Positions 37,433-48,005 of a stretch of 64,000 bases of DNA are shown piece by piece; the first letter of the stretch is position 1; the number at the start of each line of letters is the position of its first letter. The position numbers and the translations under genes were made by a program. The notes under the pieces were generated by a model, which did not search any database, was not told where the DNA came from, and worked only from the letters and a program-made list of their open reading frames with translations. The DNA comes from Dehalococcoides sp. JdFR-54 (GTDB lineage Bacteria; Chloroflexota; Dehalococcoidia; JdFR-54): contig MTNP01000008.1 in the NCBI GenBank assembly GCA_002011475.1, forward strand, positions 4,037-68,036. The letters are read 5' to 3'.

Positions 37433-38839
37433 ATGGGAGTCATCTTACTTATAGACTTTGGCAGCACTTATACCAAAATAAGGGCGGTAGACCTGGAAAA
37501 GGAAGAGGTGGTAGGGAGCTGCCAGGCGCCCAGCACGGTCGACACAGATATGACCATTGGGCTACAGGCGGCCTTCGATGCTCTCCTTGCTCAGACGGGC
37601 GTCGGCAACACCGATATAGAGGGCAAGCTTGCTTGTAGCAGTGCTGCCGGCGGCTTGCGCCTGGTGGCCAGTGGCCTGGTCCCCCGGCTGACCACTGAGG
37701 CGGCCAAGAGAGCTGCCCTCGGCGCCGGCGCCAAGGTCATAGGGGTCTATTCCTACCAGCTCACCCCCAAGGAGATAGCCGAGTTGGAGCAGAAGCGCCC
37801 CGACCTGGTGCTGCTGGTGGGTGGCACCGACGGCGGGAATACAGAGGTCATCCTCCACAATGCCAGGATGCTGGCCAACTCCGATCTGGTCTGCCCCATA
37901 GTGGTTGCCGGCAACAAAGTGGCCGCTGAGGAGGTCGAGCACATCCTCCACACCGCTGGCAAGTATGTGGCGGTGGCCGCTAATGTGATGCCAGAGGTCA
38001 GTCAGCTCAACGTAGAGCCGACTCGCGCCGTCATCAGAGAGATGTTTATGAGGCGCATCACCCATGGGAAGGGCCTGAACAAAGCCGAGAGACTCGTGGG
38101 CAGCATTATTATGCCCACTCCCATGGCTGTGCTCCGCGGCGCCGCCTTGCTGGCTCAAGGCACCCCAGAAGAGGCGGGGCTGGGCGACCTCATCGTTGTC
38201 GATGTTGGCGGCGCCACCACCGATGTGGATTCCCTGACGGAAGGCAACCCCACCCAGCCCGGCGTAGTGGCAAAGGGCTTGCCCGAACCCTACGCCAAGC
38301 GGACGGTGGAGGGTGACCTGGGAATTCGATACAGCGCACCCCATATCCTGGAAATCGCCGGCGAGAAGCGCCTGCGAGAGAACCTGATGGCAAGGGACGA
38401 GGGGCTCGCTGGCGACCTGGACCTAGGCGCCAAGCTGTCCTACTTGTCCGACCATATCGATTTTGTCCCCCAGACCCAGCATGACTCCCACCTCGATGTC
38501 GCCCTGGCCCGCAGCTCGGTGGAGATCGCCATGCAAAGACACGCCGGAGTGATAGAGACCTGCTATCTGCCATCGGGCACTGTCTACCTCCAGCATGGCA
38601 AGGACCTGACCCAGGTTAAGCGTGTCATCGGGACCGGCGGCATATTTAGCTACGGGCAGCACCCCCGCTGGATACTGGAGGGAACGCTATACAGCCAGCG
38701 GGAACCCCTGTCCCTCAGGCCCAAGGCGCCAGAATTCTTCATAGATGAACGATACCTGCTCTATGCCATAGGCTTGCTGGCCGAGATCGCCCCTGAGAAA
38801 GCCCTCCGGATAATGAAAAAACACCTGAGAAAGGTATAA
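37433..38839 (+). CDS. glmL: glutamate mutase accessory/reactivase GlmL (MutL family of glm operons)
   Basis: IDFGSTYTK, CSSAAGGL, GGTDGGN, MPTP, DVGGATTDV, RTVEGDLG, IGTGG. Confidence 0.93.
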   Translation: MGVILLIDFGSTYTKIRAVDLEKEEVVGSCQAPSTVDTDMTIGLQAAFDALLAQTGVGNTDIEGKLACSSAAGGLRLVASGLVPRLTTEAAKRAALGAGAKVIGVYSYQLTPKEIAELEQKRPDLVLLVGGTDGGNTEVILHNARMLANSDLVCPIVVAGNKVAAEEVEHILHTAGKYVAVAANVMPEVSQLNVEPTRAVIREMFMRRITHGKGLNKAERLVGSIIMPTPMAVLRGAALLAQGTPEEAGLGDLIVVDVGGATTDVDSLTEGNPTQPGVVAKGLPEPYAKRTVEGDLGIRYSAPHILEIAGEKRLRENLMARDEGLAGDLDLGAKLSYLSDHIDFVPQTQHDSHLDVALARSSVEIAMQRHAGVIETCYLPSGTVYLQHGKDLTQVKRVIGTGGIFSYGQHPRWILEGTLYSQREPLSLRPKAPEFFIDERYLLYAIGLLAEIAPEKALRIMKKHLRKV

Positions 38840-38860
38840 GCCCGGTAGAGAGGAGGGTCA

Positions 38861-40387
38861 ATGGTTATAGGCGACATAGCCATCAGGAACGCCAGGAACT
38901 ACCCCAGCAAAATAGCCCTGGTCTTCGGGAATGACAGGTACACCTTCAAGGAATTCAACGACAGGGTCAATCGCCTGACCAGGGCTCTTCTAGACTCGGG
39001 GGTGGAACGGGGCGGGAGGATAGCCATTCTGGCCGAGAACTGCCCTCAATATGCCGAGGCCTACTTCGCCACGGCCAAAGGGGGGTTGGTCATCCTGCCC
39101 TTGAATGCCAGGCTGGCGGGGCCGGAGCTCGTCTATATCATAAACGATGCGCAGGTCAGCACCCTGCTCGTAGAAAAGGAATTCTTAGGGCTCATCGATT
39201 CCATATGGTCTCAGCTTGAGACGGTCGCGAATCTCATAACCATAGGGGAGGCGGGGGAGAATAGCTACGAGCTCTTGATCTCCCGGTATCCCCCAGAGGA
39301 GCCTGACATCCGAGTGGATGAAGACGACCTGGCTTGCCTTATGTATACCTCGGGCACCACTGGCAGGCCCAAAGGGGCCATGCTCACCCACCGAAATCTC
39401 ATCGCCAACGCCCTCAATCCCATATTGGCCTTTCAGTTCCGCCATGACGATATAACCCTGCACCTGGCCGCCCTCTATCATGTCGCCGCCCAGTGGCCGT
39501 TGATGAGCCACTTCTACCTTGGGGCCACCAACGTTCTATTGAAGAAGTTCGAGCCGCTGGCTACCCTGAAAGTCGTCGAGACGGAGAGGATTACCACCCT
39601 GAATGCAGTCCCGGTCATGATATCTGGTCTCCTCGACCAGCTGGATAAGGAAGAGCATGACCTATCCAGCGCAAGCTGGATAGGCTATGGGGCTTCCCCA
39701 ATGCCCCTGCCATTGATAAAGAGAGCCCTACATAGATTCGGCCAAGTGATGGTTCAGCTATACGGTCTAACGGAGAGCGGCGGCATAGTCACTTGGCTCC
39801 CCCAGGAGGACCATATCATCGAGGGGCCAGAGGAGAAATTGAGGCGGCTCACGTCCTGTGGCAAGGAGATTATTAATGTGGAGGTGAGGGTGGTGGATGA
39901 GGCCGGCCAGGATGTGGCTCCAGGACAAGTGGGCGAGATAATAGTAAGGGGTGACAATGTAATGAAGGGCTATTGGGCCCAGCCCGAGGCCACGGCGGAA
40001 ACCCTGAAGGGAGGATATCTCCATACCGGCGACCTGGCCACTGTAGATGAAGAGGGATATATCTACATTGTGGATAGGAAAAAGGACATGATCATCAGCG
40101 GAGGGGAGAACATCTACTCCCGCGAGGTGGAGGAGGCCATCTTTGCCCACCCCGCGGTGCGGGATGTGGCCGTCATCGGCGTCCCCGATGAAAAATGGGG
40201 CGAGGCGGTCAAGGCAGTAGTGGTCCTCAAAGAAGGCGCCACAGCGACTGAGGAGGAGATAATAGAATTCTGTCGGCAACGCATTGCCAGCTATAAGAAG
40301 CCGAAGTCTGTGGACTTCGTCCCCGAACTGCCCAGGAATGCTACGGGCAAGGTATTGAAGACACTGCTGCGGGAGCAATATGGCTAG
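38861..40387 (+). CDS. AMP-forming acyl-CoA ligase
   Basis: YTSGTTGRPKG, YGLTE, HTGD, DRKKDMIISGGENIY, LPRNATGK. Confidence 0.95.
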   Translation: MVIGDIAIRNARNYPSKIALVFGNDRYTFKEFNDRVNRLTRALLDSGVERGGRIAILAENCPQYAEAYFATAKGGLVILPLNARLAGPELVYIINDAQVSTLLVEKEFLGLIDSIWSQLETVANLITIGEAGENSYELLISRYPPEEPDIRVDEDDLACLMYTSGTTGRPKGAMLTHRNLIANALNPILAFQFRHDDITLHLAALYHVAAQWPLMSHFYLGATNVLLKKFEPLATLKVVETERITTLNAVPVMISGLLDQLDKEEHDLSSASWIGYGASPMPLPLIKRALHRFGQVMVQLYGLTESGGIVTWLPQEDHIIEGPEEKLRRLTSCGKEIINVEVRVVDEAGQDVAPGQVGEIIVRGDNVMKGYWAQPEATAETLKGGYLHTGDLATVDEEGYIYIVDRKKDMIISGGENIYSREVEEAIFAHPAVRDVAVIGVPDEKWGEAVKAVVVLKEGATATEEEIIEFCRQRIASYKKPKSVDFVPELPRNATGKVLKTLLREQYG

Positions 40388-40422
40388 GCCATCGCGATTA
40401 CCAACCCCAGTAAACGGCAGTC

Positions 40423-41688
40423 ATGCTTAGGCCCAGGTTCTTCTACGGCTGGGCGATTGCGGGGGTGTTGGTGATCATTGGCTTTGTACTGGCCACCCCC
40501 TTCAACTCCACCCTCTCCATCTTCCTCAAACCCATGGGCGAGGAACTGGGCTGGTCGCGCACTGCCATCTCTGGGGCGGTGGCCCTGGGCTCCCTCCTGG
40601 CCGCTGCCATCAGTTTCTGCATCGGTCCTCTCCTCGACCGCTGGGGCTCGCGGGTCGCCATTTCCGCAGCGGTGGCTCTCATGGGGCTGGCCGTTATGGG
40701 CCTATCGCGGTGCACCGCCCTGTGGCACCTCTACCTTTTCCTGGGGCTCGCCCGGGCGCTGGCCAACGGCGTCCTCGATATCGGCATCGTGGTCACCAGC
40801 TCCAACTGGTTTATCCGCTGGCGAGGACGGGTGCTGGGTATGGCCCAACTGGGCATCCGGGTTGGTCAGGCGCTATTTCCCCTGGTGGCTGCCCTCCTCA
40901 TCGCCTCTCTGGACTGGCGCAATGCCTGGGTAGGCGTGGGGGGGCTGGCCATTTTTCTGGCCTTTCTGCCCTCCGTCATTTTCCTGCGTCGCCGCCCCGA
41001 AGACCACAACCTCACCCCCGATGGCCTGCCTCCGCCCAGCCCGACCCAAGGGGACGTAACAGCTACCACGGCGACCGAGCCAATGTGGACTGCCCGCCAG
41101 GCGGCAGGCACCAGCACCTTCTGGTTGCTGACTGCAGCCTTCAGCCTGTTCTTCCTAGTCGCGGCGGCCATGAACCTGCACCAGTACCCCTACCTGACTG
41201 ACATTGGCATCGACCCGGGGGTGGCCGTGGGGGCACTGAGCACCTTCTTTATCAGCGCCGCCGTGGGGGCCTTGCTCCTGGGCTCCCTGGCCGACCGTTT
41301 CCCGGTCAAGGTCCTCCTGGGCACCGTCCAGGCCGGCGCCGCCCTCGGCATCTTTATGCTCATCCTCACCAGGGGGCCGGCCATGCTCTACGCATATGCC
41401 GTTTTCTACGGCATATGCTTCGGAGGCTCCTTTCCCCTTTTCTCCCTGGCCTTCGTGAGGCACTACGGCCGGGCCTCGGCAGGCAGCATACGGGGCCTTT
41501 ACTGGCCGCTATGCATGGTCTTCAACGCCATCGGCCCGGTCTTCGCCGGCTGGATGTTCGACCGGATGGGAAACTACAATCTGGTCTTCACCATATTCTG
41601 CATCATGTTCCTGGTTGGCAGCACCCTGGTCTGGCTCTCCCGCGCCCCCACGTCCTTCCCATCGCCATCCCCTTCCCCCCAGAATTGA
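40423..41688 (+). CDS. MFS transporter (OFA/MCT-like)
   Basis: FFYGW, GPLLDRWG, WFIRWRG, about 12 TM segments. Confidence 0.92.
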   Translation: MLRPRFFYGWAIAGVLVIIGFVLATPFNSTLSIFLKPMGEELGWSRTAISGAVALGSLLAAAISFCIGPLLDRWGSRVAISAAVALMGLAVMGLSRCTALWHLYLFLGLARALANGVLDIGIVVTSSNWFIRWRGRVLGMAQLGIRVGQALFPLVAALLIASLDWRNAWVGVGGLAIFLAFLPSVIFLRRRPEDHNLTPDGLPPPSPTQGDVTATTATEPMWTARQAAGTSTFWLLTAAFSLFFLVAAAMNLHQYPYLTDIGIDPGVAVGALSTFFISAAVGALLLGSLADRFPVKVLLGTVQAGAALGIFMLILTRGPAMLYAYAVFYGICFGGSFPLFSLAFVRHYGRASAGSIRGLYWPLCMVFNAIGPVFAGWMFDRMGNYNLVFTIFCIMFLVGSTLVWLSRAPTSFPSPSPSPQN

Positions 41689-41738
41689 CGGCCTGGGTGA
41701 TTTCCTCTACACTGCCATCAAAATAGCGTAACAGTGAC

Positions 41739-42983
41739 ATGGCCACACCGGTCGCCGCGGGTCGGGTCTATTATGGCTGGATAATAGTGGCTGCCTGTCT
41801 CCTCCTCACCGCCACTGCCTTCGGCATACAGTACTGCTACGGCATATTCTTCAAGCCGCTTCAACAGGACTTCGGCTGGAGCCGAGCCACCACTGCCTCG
41901 GTAATGTCCTTTCATATGATCTTCTATGGCATCTCGGCCTTCATCAGCGGCTGGTGCACCGACAGATATGGGCCCCGAATGACAGTGGCCGCCGGGGGCC
42001 TGCTCATGGGCCTGGGGCTGGTATTGAGCAGCCAGATATCCGCCGTTTGGCAGCTATACCTCCTCTACAGTTTGCCTCTAGCCTTCGGCATTAGCACCTG
42101 CTGGTATCCTATAGTTACCACCCTCAGCCGATGGTTCAGCGGCAGAAGGGGGCTCGCCCTCGGCACAACCCGGGTTGGCCACGGGCTGGGCATCCTGGGC
42201 ATCTCGCCCCTGGTCAATTATCTGATCACCATGTTCGATTGGCGTCTCTCCTACATAATTGTTGGGCTCATCGCCTGGGCAGTTATCGTCCCCACCGCCC
42301 TGCTCTTGAAGAAGGAGCCCAGAGAGACCACCTATGCCCCCCTCCCCACCGATATGGCCCCATCCGTTCCCCAGTTTTCCCTGCGAGATGCCCTGAGAAC
42401 CCCGAACCTATGGTTTCTGATTTTTATGCAGCTCCTGTGCAGCGTCTGTTTCCGCATGGTCATGGTGCACCTGGTGCCCTATGCCACCGATGTCGGGATA
42501 TCAGCGGCGACGGCGTCGCTGGTCCTCGGCCTTATTGGTGGCGCCAACATCATAGGCGGGGTATTGATGGGTATCGCCCAGGATAGGTTCGGCGCCAGAG
42601 CCAGCTTCATCATCTCCGTGTTATTACAGTCCATATCCCTCTTCTGGCTTACCACCCTTCGCACCACCGCTGCCTTCTTCGGCTTTGCCTTGCTCTTCGG
42701 GTTCACCCTTGGGGGGTATATGGTTCAGTTCTATGGGCTCACCGCGGGCCTGTTCGGGCTGCGCTCCGTAGGTGCCATCAATGGGGCGCTGGGGACAGGG
42801 GCCGGGATCGGCGGCGCCCTGGGCCCCTTTTCAGCAGGCTATTTCTTCGACCGTACTGCCAGCTACTCCGTCCCCTTCCTTATCGCCGCCGGGGCCCTTC
42901 TGTTAGCTGGATTGCTGGCCATCTCCCTGAGGTCGCCAAGTAGGTCCCAGCACCAGCCCCCCAATGCAGTCCCGGGGGTCTGA
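41739..42983 (+). CDS. MFS transporter (OFA/MCT-like), second copy
   Basis: YYGW, DRYGPR, WFSGRRGLALG, DRFG, about 12 TM segments. Confidence 0.92.
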   Translation: MATPVAAGRVYYGWIIVAACLLLTATAFGIQYCYGIFFKPLQQDFGWSRATTASVMSFHMIFYGISAFISGWCTDRYGPRMTVAAGGLLMGLGLVLSSQISAVWQLYLLYSLPLAFGISTCWYPIVTTLSRWFSGRRGLALGTTRVGHGLGILGISPLVNYLITMFDWRLSYIIVGLIAWAVIVPTALLLKKEPRETTYAPLPTDMAPSVPQFSLRDALRTPNLWFLIFMQLLCSVCFRMVMVHLVPYATDVGISAATASLVLGLIGGANIIGGVLMGIAQDRFGARASFIISVLLQSISLFWLTTLRTTAAFFGFALLFGFTLGGYMVQFYGLTAGLFGLRSVGAINGALGTGAGIGGALGPFSAGYFFDRTASYSVPFLIAAGALLLAGLLAISLRSPSRSQHQPPNAVPGV

Positions 42984-43004
42984 TCCCGTTTGTTGATTGG
43001 GGTC

Positions 43005-43025
43005 CAGAGGGGCGAAGCCCCTCTG
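43005..43025. repeat. GC-rich hairpin CAGAGGGGC-GAA-GCCCCTCTG (terminator or REP-like element)
   Basis: 9-bp perfect stem just downstream of the second MFS gene; single copy seen in the window. Confidence 0.45.
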
Positions 43026-43134
43026 TGGGTTTCCTCAGTAGGCATTGACGCTGGAAGCACTGTGCTTATCTGGACATCCCAGGGATGATATAATAGGCAG
43101 CGTAGGCAATTACGCTCTAAGGGGGACATAGCCG

Positions 43135-44451
43135 ATGACGGAACAAGAATTGCTGGACATTGCCCGGGACTATTGCTTCCGTGCTCGAGTACAGAAGAGG
43201 CAGTTCATAGGCCCAGTGCTTGCCTCTGGGAAAGGCTCCATAGTCGTCGATGTCAATGGTAAGGAGTATATCGACTTCGTCGCCGGGCAGATGTGCGCCG
43301 CTTTGGGCCACAATCATCCCAGGATTGTGGAGTCCATCCATAGAAGCTGTGAGACCATGATCCATTCCAATATGACGCATTTTAACGTGGAGGAGATCAA
43401 GCTAGCCAAGCGTCTGGGCGAGGTGTTGCCGTCCCCTCTGAAGAAGTCTCTTTTTCTGCTGACGGGCAGCGACGCCAATGAGGCTGCCATTGTCATCGCC
43501 AAAAAGTATACCAATGGCTTCGAGGTAGCCAGCCCTCATGTCAGTTTCCATGGCATGTCGGATGCGGCCAGGTCTATCACCTTCGGCGTGTGGCACGCTG
43601 GCTATGGTCCCCTCTTGCCCGGTTCTTACGCTATAATGGCCCCTTACTGCTATCGTTGTCCCGTGGACCACACCTTCCCCGAGTGCCATTATGCTTGCCT
43701 CAAGGCAGGGTTTGAGATTCTGGATGCGGAGTCTGTGGGGGCTCTGGCAGCCGTGATAACCGAGCCTCTGTTCAGTGCCGGCGGCGTCATCGACCCTCCA
43801 TCGGGTTGGCTTAAAGAACTGAAAAAGATGTGCCAAGACAGAGGCATGTTGCTCATCGTGGACGAGGCTCAAACGGGCCTGGCCAAGCTGGGGAGTATGT
43901 TCGCCTTCGAGCAGGAGGGCATTGTACCTGACATCGTCTCCATCTCCAAGCATTTCGGCGGCGAACTGACCATTAGCGCCGTGGCCACCAGTCCTGAGAT
44001 CGAAGAGGTGGTTGCCGGCCGGGAGTTTGTGTTGGGTCACTCCCATGCTGCTGATCCTATGGCCTGTGCCGCTGCCATCGTTAGCTTAGATATAATCGAA
44101 GATGAGGGTTTGGTGGACAAGGCCAAGGAAATGGGTAAGCGCATCAGGGACAGCCTCCTGGAGATGGCAAAGCGCTATGAAATAATAGGCGATGTCCGTG
44201 GCCGAGGGGTGCTCCAGGGTATAGAACTGGTGAAGGACCGGGACAGCAAAGTGCCAGCCAACGAGGCGGGGCCTGAAGTAGAGCGCCGCTGTCTAGAGGA
44301 TGGGCTCCTGATCACCGTGCGGGGCGCCCAGGGGCGAACCAACGTTCTGCGGCTGGTGGTGCCCTTTACCACCACCCAGGAGCAGATGGACCGGGCCTTC
44401 GACATCTTGGAGAGCGCCATTAAGAGCCTGAGCCCAACAGTCGTGTCCTGA
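43135..44451 (+). CDS. class III PLP aminotransferase, 2,2-dialkylglycine decarboxylase-like
   Basis: DFVAGQMCAALGHNHP, SFHGM, EPLFSAGG, DEAQTG, ISKHFGG, GDVRGRG. Confidence 0.88.
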   Translation: MTEQELLDIARDYCFRARVQKRQFIGPVLASGKGSIVVDVNGKEYIDFVAGQMCAALGHNHPRIVESIHRSCETMIHSNMTHFNVEEIKLAKRLGEVLPSPLKKSLFLLTGSDANEAAIVIAKKYTNGFEVASPHVSFHGMSDAARSITFGVWHAGYGPLLPGSYAIMAPYCYRCPVDHTFPECHYACLKAGFEILDAESVGALAAVITEPLFSAGGVIDPPSGWLKELKKMCQDRGMLLIVDEAQTGLAKLGSMFAFEQEGIVPDIVSISKHFGGELTISAVATSPEIEEVVAGREFVLGHSHAADPMACAAAIVSLDIIEDEGLVDKAKEMGKRIRDSLLEMAKRYEIIGDVRGRGVLQGIELVKDRDSKVPANEAGPEVERRCLEDGLLITVRGAQGRTNVLRLVVPFTTTQEQMDRAFDILESAIKSLSPTVVS

Positions 44452-44639
44452 TATTTGGGTATAGCCAAGACACTGCCCAGACGGCTAGATCTGCTTGGTA
44501 GGGGCCTCCATCCCTTCCAGGTACATTAGCTAAATTCAGTTCGTCGAGGCGAAGGGTCTCTAGACAGCTTTGAGCCAGGAGTTCGGCAACAGGCCCGACG
44601 ACATACACCCCCTTCCGCATGGCCGGCGCCCGAATCGAA

Positions 44640-45752
44640 CTAGACCTCCATAGGCACGCGACCGAATTTGTCTATAAGCTCAGCTACTCTACCTACCCTC
44701 TCGATCTTGCCGTCAAAGGGTAGAGTATCCCCCATGCCCACTATGAAGTTGTAGCCAGGGCTTATCTCCTTGAACAGATTCATAATATAGGCGTCGAACT
44801 CCTCCTCGGTATATTGTGGTTCAAATAGTACTGCGGGTATCCCGCCCCAAATAGTTACCTCGTCGCCCAAGGCTTTTCTCAACTCGGCAGTAGTCACCGA
44901 GGTCATCGGCGCCGGGCTCCAGGCCTCAGCCACATCGATGCCGGTCTCCAAGAAGAAGGGGAGCAATCTCCTCATCTCGCCATCGATGTGAACTTGAGTT
45001 AACTTCCCTCTAGCATGAAGGTAGTCTGAGGCCCCTCTAAGCCAGGGCACAAAGTATTTTCTAAAAATTGGCGTATGAAATTCATCGCTCCAGTTGGCGC
45101 AGAGCATAGGTATTTCCACAGGCGACTCGGCCAGGATTTGAAGCTTTTGCTTAGCCACCTCCTTCTCGAGCTCATAAAGGCGCTCTATCTGGGCAGGATG
45201 GTCGTGAAGCTCATAGAAGAAGCGCTCATAGCCGATCCAATAACGCATAATCGCCTGCATTGGCGAATACTCATCCATGCCGGTTATCACCATCCCGTCT
45301 CCGCCAACCATTCTCTCCATTTGGTAGTACTCACTAAGGTCCGGCACGATCCTGGTGTTCTCAAGAATGTACTCTATGACCGGGTAGTCTTCCTTACTCC
45401 GGAACGGATAGTCGACTTCATGGACGTTCCAGGCGCCTTCCTGGGGGATAAACCTCGTCTTTAAAGTAACGCTGCCGAGTGGGGTCCTCCACTCCGTCGT
45501 CCTATAGGGGGGATTCTCCTGGATGACAACCTCAAGGTTATCGTATTCTATTCTCCAGATACGCATGTGGCGGAGTTGAGTTCCGGCACCCTGGTCGCGC
45601 AGTATCTCCACCATATTCCAATCCTTATATTTCTTCGGCAGGGTACCATGCGCGGAATGGTAATTGTACCACACATCAATGCGGGCCCCGAAGGGCAGCT
45701 TATCCACAGGCTGTTTGCGCGCCGCTGCTAGAATCCTTGCTTTGTGAGTCAT
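44640..45752 (-). CDS. uroporphyrinogen decarboxylase/MtaA-CmuA family TIM-barrel protein
   Basis: RILAA, TPLG, HIDG, IWGGIP, GMGD; GGAGG upstream. Confidence 0.8.
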   Translation of the reverse strand: MTHKARILAAARKQPVDKLPFGARIDVWYNYHSAHGTLPKKYKDWNMVEILRDQGAGTQLRHMRIWRIEYDNLEVVIQENPPYRTTEWRTPLGSVTLKTRFIPQEGAWNVHEVDYPFRSKEDYPVIEYILENTRIVPDLSEYYQMERMVGGDGMVITGMDEYSPMQAIMRYWIGYERFFYELHDHPAQIERLYELEKEVAKQKLQILAESPVEIPMLCANWSDEFHTPIFRKYFVPWLRGASDYLHARGKLTQVHIDGEMRRLLPFFLETGIDVAEAWSPAPMTSVTTAELRKALGDEVTIWGGIPAVLFEPQYTEEEFDAYIMNLFKEISPGYNFIVGMGDTLPFDGKIERVGRVAELIDKFGRVPMEV

Positions 45753-46343
45753 CGCCACTGCTTTCGCCTCCTTTGAAATCTACCGCAGAGAGCAGCCCTT
45801 ATTCCCCTACCAGTTTGCTTCCCATTTCAACCCGCAATAAGGCGTCTCTCAGACATTTAGTGTGTATTTCATTCTGCAGGCACTACCACACCCTACTAGA
45901 TATTTTATTGCACATTTCTCGCAATCAGTATAGGGATTAACAAGAGATGGCTCCGACTACAATGAGGAAGTGCACAGCCACAAGCGCCAAATCCATGTAA
46001 AGAGAGCCATGAAATGAAGACTAGCGCAACAGCGAAGCTCAAGCAAGTGCCAGTAAGGTATTTAATGGTGGGGGTATATCCACGCAAGAAGAAGCACGCG
46101 GCGGTAGCAATAACCCGGCCTGCGTCAGACCTCTTGTTGCAGATAGGGAGAAATAAGCTACAGGTTATGGTCCCTGGGGCCTCTCTGGAGTAGGATGAGA
46201 ATGACAGAGAGGAGGAAGACCAGGTGTCAGCTCAGCTCTGAGATTCGTCAAAGAAGCATCGGAAGCCCGATAGGATTGACCGCTATCCCACCAGTGAAGT
46301 ACAATGCGGTCAACATCATGACCTGGGGGGAAGGAGGGTCCAA

Positions 46344-48005
46344 GTGAGAAGTGACAACATCAAACTCGGCATTGAACGTGCCCCGCATCGCTCCGTGCTG
46401 CGCGCCTTGGGGTGTGGCGATGAAGACATAAGGAGGCCCTTCGTTGGCGTGGTGAACAGTTTTGCTGAGATTGTGGGGGGACATATTCACCTACGCACCA
46501 TAGCTGAGGCGGTAAAGTCTGGAATAAGGAGCGCTGGTGGCACGCCCTTTGAATTCAATACCATTGCTGTCTGCGATTGCTTGGTTGTGGGCCATATCGG
46601 CATGAAGTATAGTCTCCCCAGTCGAGAGCTGATCGCTGACTCAGTGGAAGTCATGGCCGAGGCTCATCAATTCGACGCCTTGGTGTTCATTCCTAACTGC
46701 GATAAGATTACCCCTGGTATGCTAATGGCAGCGCTGAGGTTAAACATCCCCTGCGTTTTCGTCAGCGGTGGACCCGCTCAAGCAGGAAAACTAGCTGGCT
46801 ATCCGGACCTGGACCATGCGTGCATAAGTGAGGCGGTGGGACAAGTAGTAGCAGGTAAAATTGATGAGTCACAACTACTAAGGATGGAGAGGGTCAGCCG
46901 CCCTGGGTGTGGTAGTTGTGAGGGGATGTTCACCGCCAACACCATGAACTGCATAACTGAGGTCATAGGGCTCGGGCTGCCAGGTAATGGCACCATTCCG
47001 GCTGTATACGGCAGGAGGGTTTCCCTGGCGAGAGAGGCCGGAAGGCTGGTTATGAAGGTGCTGGAGTCGAATCTCCGTCCCCGAGATATTGTGACCAAGG
47101 ACTCTATCTACAATGCCCTTGTAGTAGCTATGGCAGTGGGGGGTAGTACCAATGCTATTCTTCACATGCTAGCCATTGCCAACGCTGCAGGGATACCATT
47201 CTCGCTGTCGGAGGTCAGTGACATCAGTCGAAGCACTCCCTACATTTGCAAGCTGGCCCCAGCCAGCCGCGAGCATATGGAGGACCTGCACTTGGCTGGC
47301 GGAATACCCGCCGTAATGAGACAACTTGAGAGTTTGCTAAGGCTCGATGCCAAGACAGTTGCCGGGAAGACACTGGGCGAAGTCGTCGAGTCTGCCACTG
47401 TGGAGGATGCAGACCTTGTTCGCCCTCTGTCCAACGCGCATGCGCAGACGGGTGGCCTGAATGTCCTCTTTGGCAACTTGGCGCCACACGGGGCCATAGT
47501 CAAAAGTGCCGCGGTAGACCCCAGTAGCCTGGTCCATCGCGGTCCGGCACGGGTGTTCGATTCGGAGGAGGAGGCTACCAAAGCTATTTCAGGTGGCGCA
47601 GCTCAACCTGGAGATGTGCTGGTGATACGATATGAAGGACCTCGAGGTGGTCCCGGGATGAGGGAGATGTTAGTTCCTACCTCCCTCATATCTGGTATGG
47701 GTCTGGAAGGAAAGGTAGCTTTAATTACTGATGGGCGTTTCTCAGGAGCATCCCGTGGACTTTCCATAGGACATGTGGCCCCCGAAGCAGCGAGGAAAGG
47801 CCCGATCGCAGCTCTGCGAAACGGCGATATAATAGTAATAGATGTCCCAAACCTCAGGCTGAATGTGGAATTGCCCCAGGAGGAAATAGATCGGCGCCTG
47901 TCTGAATTGCCCGAGTTCGAGTTCAAGATAAAGACCGGATATTTGAGAAGATACGCCGAACAAGTTGGCTGTGCGAGCGAAGGGGCTGTATTCGCTAAGG
48001 ATTAG
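46344..48005 (+). CDS. ilvD: dihydroxy-acid dehydratase
   Basis: [61 protein letters not shown]. Confidence 0.95.
   Translation: MRSDNIKLGIERAPHRSVLRALGCGDEDIRRPFVGVVNSFAEIVGGHIHLRTIAEAVKSGIRSAGGTPFEFNTIAVCDCLVVGHIGMKYSLPSRELIADSVEVMAEAHQFDALVFIPNCDKITPGMLMAALRLNIPCVFVSGGPAQAGKLAGYPDLDHACISEAVGQVVAGKIDESQLLRMERVSRPGCGSCEGMFTANTMNCITEVIGLGLPGNGTIPAVYGRRVSLAREAGRLVMKVLESNLRPRDIVTKDSIYNALVVAMAVGGSTNAILHMLAIANAAGIPFSLSEVSDISRSTPYICKLAPASREHMEDLHLAGGIPAVMRQLESLLRLDAKTVAGKTLGEVVESATVEDADLVRPLSNAHAQTGGLNVLFGNLAPHGAIVKSAAVDPSSLVHRGPARVFDSEEEATKAISGGAAQPGDVLVIRYEGPRGGPGMREMLVPTSLISGMGLEGKVALITDGRFSGASRGLSIGHVAPEAARKGPIAALRNGDIIVIDVPNLRLNVELPQEEIDRRLSELPEFEFKIKTGYLRRYAEQVGCASEGAVFAKD

Noticed and set aside
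32088-38839. Standard glutamate fermentation (methylaspartate) operon
   Set aside because: No methylaspartate ammonia-lyase in the window, and the glutamate-binding residues appear substituted in both E subunits.
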